DNA of 17,233 nucleotides from a bacterium (lineage in GTDB: Bacteria; Arandabacterota; Arandabacteria; Arandabacterales; JALGWA01), in the NCBI GenBank assembly GCA_050125095.1, contig JASFEA010000070.1, positions 1-17,233 on the forward strand, in the 5' to 3' direction. This document shows, in pieces, positions 8,479 to 15,826 of the stretch. The notes beneath the pieces are model-generated. The model worked only from the letters and a program-made list of their open reading frames with translations. It was not told the DNA's origin and did no database searches. Numbering within the stretch: the stretch's first letter is position 1; each line of letters opens with the position of its first letter. The position numbers and the translations under genes were made by a program.

Positions 8479-9376
8479 TCTTAAGAAGAAGATCCTGAAG
8501 CTCAAAAAGGAGAAGGATGCGCTCATACTGGTGCACAATTACCAGACGCTGGACGTGCAGGACGTGGGCGACTATGTCGGGGACTCGCTGGAGCTTGCCC
8601 GGCGGGCCACGGAGGCGGGAAAGGGGCTCATAGTCTTCTGCGGCGTCAAGTTCATGGCCGAGACCGCCAAGATCTTAAACCCGGACGCCAAGGTGCTGAT
8701 TCCCAGGCCCGGCGTCACCTGCCCCATGGCGGACATGATAACGGCAGACGACCTCGCCGCCATAAAGCAGAAGTACCCGGACGCCGTGGTCTGCTCCTAC
8801 GTCAACACCAATGCGGACGTCAAGGCCGAGACCGATATCTGCTGCACCTCCGCCAATGCCGTCGAAGTCATAGAGAGCATTGACGGGAAACGCGTGATCT
8901 TCACTCCCGACAGGAACCTTGCCTCATTCGTCGGACGGTCGGTCAACGTCGAGATAATTCCCTATGACGGCTACTGCTATGTTCACCACCGCTTCAGGGC
9001 AGAGGACATAATAGAAGCCAAGATGGAGCATCCCGACGCCGTCGTGCTGGTTCACCCGGAGTGCAACCCGGAGGTCGTGGACCTCGCAGATGAGGTGCTG
9101 TCCACAAGTGGCATGCTCAGATACGCGCGAGAGTCGGAAGCCCTGGAGTTCATCGTGGCCACCGAGGAGGGGCTCCTCGAGCGAATGGCCAGGGAGATGC
9201 CGGACAAGGTCTTTCTCTCGCCGGGCAAGGCCCGGTTCTGCTACAACATGAAGAAGATAAGGCTCGAAGATGTCTACGTCTCGCTGCGCGACGAGGTCTA
9301 TGAGGTTAGCGTGGAAGATAAGACCATGGAACGGGCCAGGGCCTCACTGGAACGGATGATCGCGCTCGGGAAGTGA
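8471..9376 (+). CDS. nadA: Quinolinate synthase A ([4Fe-4S])
   Basis: HNYQ, GDSLEL, FCGVKFMAETAKILNP, CPMAD, YVNT, CCTSANA, GYCYVH, HPEC and C.NMKKI motifs; overlaps iscS stop by 8 nt. Confidence 0.97.
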   Translation: MPDLKKKILKLKKEKDALILVHNYQTLDVQDVGDYVGDSLELARRATEAGKGLIVFCGVKFMAETAKILNPDAKVLIPRPGVTCPMADMITADDLAAIKQKYPDAVVCSYVNTNADVKAETDICCTSANAVEVIESIDGKRVIFTPDRNLASFVGRSVNVEIIPYDGYCYVHHRFRAEDIIEAKMEHPDAVVLVHPECNPEVVDLADEVLSTSGMLRYARESEALEFIVATEEGLLERMAREMPDKVFLSPGKARFCYNMKKIRLEDVYVSLRDEVYEVSVEDKTMERARASLERMIALGK

Positions 9377-9433
9377 CGCGCCTCTTCGGATTGCTCCCGG
9401 ATGGCTTCATTTCATTGTGACGAGAGGGGATTA

Positions 9434-10483
9434 ATGGCTTCAAAGGCGGCGGTACTCATGAGCGGCGGCGTGGACTCATCGGCGGCGGCGCTTCTACTTG
9501 CCCGGCAGGGCGGCGACGTTACGGGGATCACGGCGAGGCTCTGGGACGACGGGTCGGACAGTGACGGGGCCGATACGGAAATCGCCCGGCAGGTCTGCAG
9601 CGCTCTGGGCATTCGGCATGTAGTGCTCGACCTCAGAGAGCGGTTCGCCCAGATTGTCGTAGGTTTCTTCCGCGCAGAATACCTGAGAGGACTGACTCCC
9701 AATCCCTGCAGCGTATGCAACAGGGATATCAAGTTCGGCCTGCTGTTTGATGCCGCCATGGACTGCGGATGCGACATCGTGGCAACCGGTCATTATGCCG
9801 GGCTCGGCGAGTACGAGGGCAGGACTCTCATAAGGGAACCCGCGGAGAGCGAAAAATCGCAGACCTATTTCCTGGCCCTGGTTCGCCCGGAGGTACTGGG
9901 CAGGCTTGCGTTCCCGCTGGAGAAAACCAGCAAGGACGAAGCCCGGGCCCTGCTATCGGCCCGGGGTCTCGATGCAAGGCAAGGGGAGAGCCAGGACCTG
10001 TGCTTCGTCACAAGCGGCAGGTACGAGGGATTGCTGACCGACGGGGTGGGAGGCAGGGACTCAGCGCAACTCGGCCGGCTTCTCGATCCCGACGGCAATG
10101 TCGTGGGAACGCACAGGGGGCACTTCGCCTACACCGTGGGACAGAAGCTGGGGCATCACGGCAGGCGCACCTATGTCATAGAGAAGCGGCCCGGGACGAA
10201 TGAGGTCGTGGTCGGAGACAGGGACAGGGCAATGATGAGCCGCATCAATGTTGGAGAGGCCAACTGGTTTGCGGATCCCCGCGGCGGGGCCGGCGGCCGG
10301 GTCGCGGTTAAATTCCGCTACAATACCCCGGCCACCCCGGGCCGTATATCGGGGCTCCGGGACGGCGGTTTTGAGGTAATCACGGACGAGCCGTGCTTTT
10401 CGCCCGCGCCGGGCCAGGTCCTCGCGTGCTACAGAGACGGTTTTCTCCTGGGCGGCGGGGTTATCGAGAGGGCCGGGCCCTGA
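9434..10483 (+). CDS. mnmA: tRNA-specific 2-thiouridylase
   Basis: MSGGVDSS PP-loop, TPNPCSVCNRDIKF, ATGHYA, QTYFL, ESQDLCF, YTVGQ and APGQ...GGGVI motifs; ATG 9434 follows GAGGGGA. Confidence 0.93.
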   Translation: MASKAAVLMSGGVDSSAAALLLARQGGDVTGITARLWDDGSDSDGADTEIARQVCSALGIRHVVLDLRERFAQIVVGFFRAEYLRGLTPNPCSVCNRDIKFGLLFDAAMDCGCDIVATGHYAGLGEYEGRTLIREPAESEKSQTYFLALVRPEVLGRLAFPLEKTSKDEARALLSARGLDARQGESQDLCFVTSGRYEGLLTDGVGGRDSAQLGRLLDPDGNVVGTHRGHFAYTVGQKLGHHGRRTYVIEKRPGTNEVVVGDRDRAMMSRINVGEANWFADPRGGAGGRVAVKFRYNTPATPGRISGLRDGGFEVITDEPCFSPAPGQVLACYRDGFLLGGGVIERAGP

Positions 10484-10484
10484 G

Positions 10485-10700
10485 CTACATCGTGCCCTCC
10501 CAGATTCTACCCTGTTGCCGCTTGGCCTTCTGGGTAGTCTTCTCGATTTTCTTCTCGACCTCCTGTATCTGTGTTTCGGCCAGTCGCACAGCGTCGTCTG
10601 TGAGCGAGAGGTCGCGGGCGACGGTGTAGACCACGAGGCCGAGGAGCATTACGAGCACAACCAGCAGGGCGTAGCCTGCTGCAGGGTTCGCTTTTTTCAT
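10485..10700 (-). CDS. Small (71 aa) PilX-like prepilin-type membrane protein
   Basis: ATG overlaps pilX stop (ATGA), GGAGG upstream; MKK...AAG|YALLVVLVMLLGLVVY hydrophobic helix followed by a charged helix. Confidence 0.65.
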   Translation of the reverse strand: MKKANPAAGYALLVVLVMLLGLVVYTVARDLSLTDDAVRLAETQIQEVEKKIEKTTQKAKRQQGRIWEGTM

Positions 10701-12319
10701 GCTTCCCTCCATACCTGAACATGCGGTTCGGGCTGGTCGACGTTGAAGAGCGTGGTCGTCGGGTAGTAGGGCGGCGAGATGCCTCTCCTGTCATATCTGA
10801 AGTCCCTGCCGTATCCGGTCTGCGCGCCCGTATATGAAAACGTGCCGAACGGGCCGTAGTATCTCTGGACGGCGCCGCCCCTGAGGTGCACCTGTCCCCT
10901 GTAGCCCCCGTAATTGTAGTCGTCGACAGTGAAGGCGCCGTAGTCACCGGTAGCCATGACGAAGGCGTCGATAAGGATCTCATCGGGGGCGTCCGTGGCT
11001 ATCCGCACGTCGCCGCCCGAGGAGTACAGCCCGAGAACGCAATTACTTGCGTCCATGTCATGGCAGGCCAGATCCCGGTCGATGATGATGTCGTCAACAG
11101 AGGCGATGGTCAGCTGCGTCTCCGATCCGACGGCAACGGGCACGGCATCTGCGACCCTGTCGAGGCCGCCGAGATTATCTATGCTGCCCGTGGAATACAT
11201 TATGCCCCTGGGCAGGCCGTCGATCAACGATGTCCCGGCGCCGTCGTGAATCTCGGTCCAGTTGTTGACCTTGTCGACGACGATCACCTTGTTGACTCCG
11301 TTCTCGTCGATCAGGTCGTAATTCTGGTTGCCGTTGGCGTCGACCGACATCCTGCACTGCTGGAGGTCCCCGGATATGTAAATCCCGCCCGTGACGGTGC
11401 TGCCGTCATTGGGCACGTATATGCCCGTGGGAACCGGGGACGGGTCGCTGGGGTCGAGGCCCAGGGCTGATCTCTTCTCAGAAAGCGGCACCGGATTGGT
11501 GTCCGCCGCGGCGTAGCCCAGTGCCGCCCTCTCCTGGCAGAAGGAGTTGGAAGGCAGCGGTATGACGTCGGCGTTACGGTTAAAGCCGCCGTAGAAGTTG
11601 GGGACATCAATGTCACCGTTCCGGTCGGCGCCGAGGTCGACAGGGAATCCTTCATTATAGAAGGTCGCCTGGGCGGGCACTTGCGTCACGAGGTCCTCGA
11701 ATGTGGGGAAGTATGCGAACCTCATCTTGCCGTTGCTGTGGACCCTGCCGTCGAAGTAGCCGCTGGTGTGGAACCAGATCTGCTGCCCGCTCGGAGTATA
11801 GTGAATATGCGTGAATATGAGGTAGTCTGCGAAAGACCCCCTGGAAGCGCTGAGCCTGAGGTTACCCTCCGATATCACGTCCCTCGAGCCCGTTGTGAAT
11901 GCTTCTCCTGAGGCGGCGGACGTGTACCGGAAGTTGAATGTCTGGCTCGTAGTCGCCAGCCCGCTGTCCACGAAGGTGAATACAGTCACCACGTCACAGC
12001 CCAGTTCCTCGCTGGAATACGAAAGGCCCGAGTCCGGGAAGAAGGTCTCGGGGGCCACGATGATAGGGCCGACGCCCGGCCACTCGTTCCGGAGGCTCTC
12101 CATCTTGGCCTTGCTGAATTCGGCCATCTGCTGTTTTGCGACCTCGATGGCCGCGTCGGCGTTATAGAGGGCCTGCAGGCCGGATTTCTGGTTACGGTTG
12201 ATTCCCCTCTCTGTAATCGAAAGTGTCACGATCCCCAGTGCCATGGCCGAGAGAATCATGGTCAGCGCCACTGCCACCACCAGGGCAACGCCTTCTTCTC
12301 GTCTAAGCATATTGCTCAC
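10697..12319 (-). CDS. PilX-like minor pilin with large C-terminal DUF4900-like domain
   Basis: EEG|VALVVAV (no Glu5, as in PilX/GspK) and QALYNADAAIE; SFADYLIFT...IWF...FDGRVHSNG and TGYGRDFRYDRR..SPPYYP. GTG 12319 or ATG 12310 start. Confidence 0.85.
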   Translation of the reverse strand: MSNMLRREEGVALVVAVALTMILSAMALGIVTLSITERGINRNQKSGLQALYNADAAIEVAKQQMAEFSKAKMESLRNEWPGVGPIIVAPETFFPDSGLSYSSEELGCDVVTVFTFVDSGLATTSQTFNFRYTSAASGEAFTTGSRDVISEGNLRLSASRGSFADYLIFTHIHYTPSGQQIWFHTSGYFDGRVHSNGKMRFAYFPTFEDLVTQVPAQATFYNEGFPVDLGADRNGDIDVPNFYGGFNRNADVIPLPSNSFCQERAALGYAAADTNPVPLSEKRSALGLDPSDPSPVPTGIYVPNDGSTVTGGIYISGDLQQCRMSVDANGNQNYDLIDENGVNKVIVVDKVNNWTEIHDGAGTSLIDGLPRGIMYSTGSIDNLGGLDRVADAVPVAVGSETQLTIASVDDIIIDRDLACHDMDASNCVLGLYSSGGDVRIATDAPDEILIDAFVMATGDYGAFTVDDYNYGGYRGQVHLRGGAVQRYYGPFGTFSYTGAQTGYGRDFRYDRRGISPPYYPTTTLFNVDQPEPHVQVWREA

Positions 12320-12320
12320 C

Positions 12321-13193
12321 TCATAGAGCCCTGGGTTTCCCGGAGGAAACCAGCCTGGTCACATGTTTCCGGGATATCTCTGATGAAGCGGCCTCTAGTG
12401 TGACGATGACCCTTCTTACCAGAGTCGGATCGGACGGCAGGGCGACGACGGACTGGTCCACGAGCACGTAGCCGAACTCGAGATGTGTTATGTATTCGCT
12501 CACGACCTTGGGCTGTTGCGTCCCGTCCTGCCTCATAAGCATGGGACATGTGGTATCGCTCCGATCCACGAAGTATGTAATGAGATCGACCTTGTAGATC
12601 TTGCTGCCCGCCGGGTATCCGGACGGAGGGAACGGGTGATGCCCGCCGGGCACGTTAAACGGTGATACGGGATTGTGCTGCAGTTTGAGAGCCGCATCCT
12701 GTACCGCCGTGATCTGGAACATATTGGCCCATGAGCCGAATGTGACCACAGCCAGGTCCCCGATCTCGAACCCGTCGGTGGACTGCACCTTGAACTCGGC
12801 GCTTGCGTTGGGCATGGACTCTCTGAGCTCGGTCTCGGTTCCCGACATGGCGCCCAGTATCTTTATGCGGTCGGTGGCCCCGCCGGTCGTATCCGGCGAG
12901 ACGCCGAAGAGAATCAGGCTGTCTCCCGCCGCGGTGGAAGTCACCACCTTCGACGGGATGCCCGAGCCGGCCATGCGGATGTCGCCTATAATGAAGTCGA
13001 GCCCGGCCCTGGCGTTCTGCCTGGACTCGAGGACGTAATACGACATCTCCCTCGCCCCCTCGTTCTTTCTCAATATGCCGAGCAGGGCGCCTATTGCAAT
13101 CACGAAGACAACCGCGGCGACAAGGAGCTCGATAAGCGTGAATCCTCTCTCATCGCCGGAGGCTGTAAGCCTTTCAATCGTCTTCATAAGCAT
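12321..13193 (-). CDS. PilW-like type IV minor pilin
   Basis: ERG|FTLIELLVA class III signal, QNARAGLDFI..DIRMAGS; position in cluster. Confidence 0.88.
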   Translation of the reverse strand: MLMKTIERLTASGDERGFTLIELLVAAVVFVIAIGALLGILRKNEGAREMSYYVLESRQNARAGLDFIIGDIRMAGSGIPSKVVTSTAAGDSLILFGVSPDTTGGATDRIKILGAMSGTETELRESMPNASAEFKVQSTDGFEIGDLAVVTFGSWANMFQITAVQDAALKLQHNPVSPFNVPGGHHPFPPSGYPAGSKIYKVDLITYFVDRSDTTCPMLMRQDGTQQPKVVSEYITHLEFGYVLVDQSVVALPSDPTLVRRVIVTLEAASSEISRKHVTRLVSSGKPRAL

Positions 13194-13574
13194 CTACCTT
13201 CCCGCACTGGATATTACGGTCGAAAGCGTAATGAAACGCTCCGAGTCCTGCACCCACTCGACTGTCACCTGTATGGTCTTGCACCCGGAAACCGGCTGGT
13301 CCTGGGTGACGTACCAGGACCTGTTAAAAGCCTCGATTATCGGGTTCAGCGAGTCCACATGGGTAACTGCGGGCGTGAGGACCGCCGCGTCATATGCGCT
13401 GTGATGAAGCTCCTCGATTTTCTCCTGGCAGAGCTCGAGGGCTTTGGTCGACATTCCCGACTTGCTCACGTCATGACCGGACAGAGGGAAGATGACCGAT
13501 ATCCCCAGTACGCCTATTGCTATCACGGTCAATGCGACAACCACCTCGACGAGTGTGAATCCCTTTTCAGCCAT
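13194..13574 (-). CDS. PilV-like type IV minor pilin
   Basis: EKG|FTLVEVVVALTVIAIGVLG, A.ELCQEKIEEL, K.IQVTVEW; ATG 13574 (GTG 13583 is an alternative). Confidence 0.88.
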   Translation of the reverse strand: MAEKGFTLVEVVVALTVIAIGVLGISVIFPLSGHDVSKSGMSTKALELCQEKIEELHHSAYDAAVLTPAVTHVDSLNPIIEAFNRSWYVTQDQPVSGCKTIQVTVEWVQDSERFITLSTVISSAGR

Positions 13575-13594
13575 AGTGATCACTTCCTTAAGTT

Positions 13595-14116
13595 TCAGTC
13601 AGGACAGCCGCTCTCAGACCTGCAGAGTCCGCTTGGTCTTATATATATGGTGTGATGCCTTGAATCCTCGTCGCCCAGGCAGACGTAGCCGCCCGTGGTT
13701 CCACTCTCGAGCATGCCCCGCGGGGCGAACACGATGGCGTTATCGGGGTCGAGATCAACATCGTAGAGCATACGGGAGCCTTCCAGGGTCCTCGTTCCGA
13801 TCACTTCTTCACCGGTGTCGATGGCGCCATTGGCGGCGTTTTCCGGGATCCCCGCCCCGTCGTCTTTGAATACCGTGTACGAGTTATCGTCCGTATCGAA
13901 GCTCACGGAGTAGTTGGTGGCGGAGGCGATTGCGCGCTGCCGGGCCTGCCAGATGTCCGAGACCATCTGCTTGGCCTCGCCCCTGAGCCCGGTCGACTCG
14001 CTGTACGACCGGATGGCGGGAATACTGACGCTCGCCAGTATGGCCATCACCGCGCCTACAATGAGAAGTTCTATGAGCGTGAAGCCCTGCTCGTCTGCCG
14101 AATGCAACAGTCTCAT
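13595..14116 (-). CDS. FimT/GspH-like minor pilin
   Basis: EQG|FTLIELLIV, SDIWQARQRAIA, IVFAPRG, I.IRPSG; ATG 14116 follows GAGAGG. Confidence 0.88.
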   Translation of the reverse strand: MRLLHSADEQGFTLIELLIVGAVMAILASVSIPAIRSYSESTGLRGEAKQMVSDIWQARQRAIASATNYSVSFDTDDNSYTVFKDDGAGIPENAANGAIDTGEEVIGTRTLEGSRMLYDVDLDPDNAIVFAPRGMLESGTTGGYVCLGDEDSRHHTIYIRPSGLCRSESGCPD

Positions 14117-14152
14117 CCTGCTGACCTCTCTTTTTGTCCACTCATATTGAGC

Positions 14153-14168
14153 TGCAGGAACCATGCCG
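14153..14168 (-). promoter_or_regulatory. Sigma54 (-24/-12) promoter of the minor pilin operon
   Basis: Minus strand CGGCATGGTTCCTGCA = GG-N10-GC, close to the TGGCACG-N4-TTGC consensus, 36 nt upstream of the FimT-like start. Confidence 0.7.
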
Positions 14169-14201
14169 CGGTCGCTTCTAGTTGGGCTTGGCTTGCCCGG
14201 C

Positions 14202-14214
14202 TATCTCTTTGATT
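14202..14214 (-). promoter_or_regulatory. Putative IHF site
   Basis: AATCAAAGAGATA, one mismatch to WATCAANNNNTTR, preceded by an AT-rich tract; sits between the sigma54 site and upstream palindromes. Confidence 0.4.
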
Positions 14215-14385
14215 TTTAGTGATTTAATTAGGGTGTGCCGGCGGTGGCCGTTTTATGCGTCCATACTGGCGCAATCTGCAATTCAGGCCGCCGCATCCTG
14301 CAAGCCCCTACGCATGCCAATATATTGTCAAGCCGCGCGTTGGCCAGGCCGATTACTAGAGAGGACATTTTTGAAGGGGACTTAT

Positions 14386-14826
14386 ATGAGTGCTGCGAAC
14401 AATGTTGTAGTGCGTTTCGTGGACGGCCGCATCCTCAAGGGCACAACGCGCGACTTCCTGCCGGCCAAAGCCATGTTCCATATCCATCCCGCGGACTCGA
14501 ATGAGGCAGTGGAGATCCAGGTCCAGGACCTGAAGGCCGTCTTCTTCGTGAAGCGGCTGGGGGGAGACCCCAACTACAACGAGTACAAGGACCTGCCCGA
14601 GCAGAGAGTCGCGTCCCTGGGCAAGAAAATCGGTGTCGTGTTTGGCGACGGCGAGTTACTGGCAGGTTATACGCACAGCTACAATCCTTCCAATCCGGGA
14701 TTCTTCGTTACCCCCGTGGACCCCAAGTCCAACAATATCAGGGTCTTCGTCGTCCGCGAATCCGTGAAAGAAGTGAAGCTGGGCGCCGGGGCGGAGGAGC
14801 TGCTCAAGGGACTGGCCCGTAAGTAG
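14386..14826 (+). CDS. DUF6982-like conserved hypothetical protein (two internal repeats)
   Basis: VVVRFVDGRILKG.T.DF, LKAVFFVK, V.F.DGE.L.G...Y...GFFV.PVDP.SNN.RVFV; GAAGGGGA RBS before ATG 14386. Confidence 0.8.
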   Translation: MSAANNVVVRFVDGRILKGTTRDFLPAKAMFHIHPADSNEAVEIQVQDLKAVFFVKRLGGDPNYNEYKDLPEQRVASLGKKIGVVFGDGELLAGYTHSYNPSNPGFFVTPVDPKSNNIRVFVVRESVKEVKLGAGAEELLKGLARK

Positions 14827-14828
14827 GT

Positions 14829-15785
14829 TCAGCCGGCTGTATTGCCTGCGTCTTCCCTCTTTTTCTCGTATAGCATGGCCGCAAGCCCCACCACCACGAC
14901 AGGAAGCACCAGCGCGCCCTGGAAAATCGTACCCACCGCGACGGCCGATGACTTGTCTATTCCGTAAAGCGACAGCGGCAACAGGAAGGCGACCTGGAAC
15001 AAGCCGACATTGGCCGGTGTGAGAGGCACCCCCGACGCGGCGTTCACGGCCAGCACCGCGATCACGAGGCCGCCGAACGGCAGGTCGACCCCCACCGACG
15101 CCGCCGCCAGGCGGGCCACGAGAACGTGAAGCATTATTGCCAGAAGGGACAGCGGGAAGACCTGGGCCACCGTTCGCGGCGTCAGGGCCGAGTAGCCCCT
15201 CGAAAGGGGCTCGAGCTTATCCGCGAGAGTCCGCTGGAAGCGGCTCGAAAACTCCTCTTCCCGCCGGTTGCGGAAGGTCTTGCCGAGCTGGGCGAAAACC
15301 GGAAAGGAGATTGCAACGGCCAGCGACGTGATCGCCAGGCTCGTCGTCTTCGCCCCGAGCGAACCGGGGAGGTCGAAGAGCCTTGCCGCCAGCATGACGA
15401 GCAGGCCGAAAGAGACCACGTCGAAGCTGCGGTCGACCAGCACAGTAGATACAGCCTCGCGCTTGGTCATGTTCCACCTGACCGACATGGCGTAGGACCG
15501 CATGGCCTCGCCTGCCCTGAGCGGTATCACCGCGTTGACGGCAAGCCCCAGCGTGAAGTACCGGAAGACGTCTAAGAAGCCGGTGCTTTTAAGCGGGGAC
15601 GCGATCAGCTGCCATCTTCTCGCCCTGAAAGCCACCGAGAGCATGTTAACCAGACAGGCGGCGATGAAGTACCATATATTGGCGGAGCGGAAGTAGGGAA
15701 GCACCTCGCGCGGGGGAATCGCGATTACAAGCCCCGTGATGACGGCCGCGGTTATTATGAGGCCTATGATGATCTTCTTGGTCAT
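14829..15785 (-). CDS. Lysylphosphatidylglycerol synthase TM-region / flippase-like membrane protein (UPF0104-type)
   Basis: FRARRWQLI, NAVIPLRAGEAMR, DRSFD and P.TPANVGLFQ motifs; multiple hydrophobic helices. Confidence 0.88.
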   Translation of the reverse strand: MTKKIIIGLIITAAVITGLVIAIPPREVLPYFRSANIWYFIAACLVNMLSVAFRARRWQLIASPLKSTGFLDVFRYFTLGLAVNAVIPLRAGEAMRSYAMSVRWNMTKREAVSTVLVDRSFDVVSFGLLVMLAARLFDLPGSLGAKTTSLAITSLAVAISFPVFAQLGKTFRNRREEEFSSRFQRTLADKLEPLSRGYSALTPRTVAQVFPLSLLAIMLHVLVARLAAASVGVDLPFGGLVIAVLAVNAASGVPLTPANVGLFQVAFLLPLSLYGIDKSSAVAVGTIFQGALVLPVVVVGLAAMLYEKKREDAGNTAG

Positions 15786-15826
15786 TGGTCTGGCTCCGCC
15801 GCTCGATCCGGCTGTCCCCGACTATC

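Noticed and set aside
14267..14280. Plus-strand sigma54-like TGGCGCAATCTGCA
   Set aside because: GG and GC are separated by 8 nt rather than the required 10
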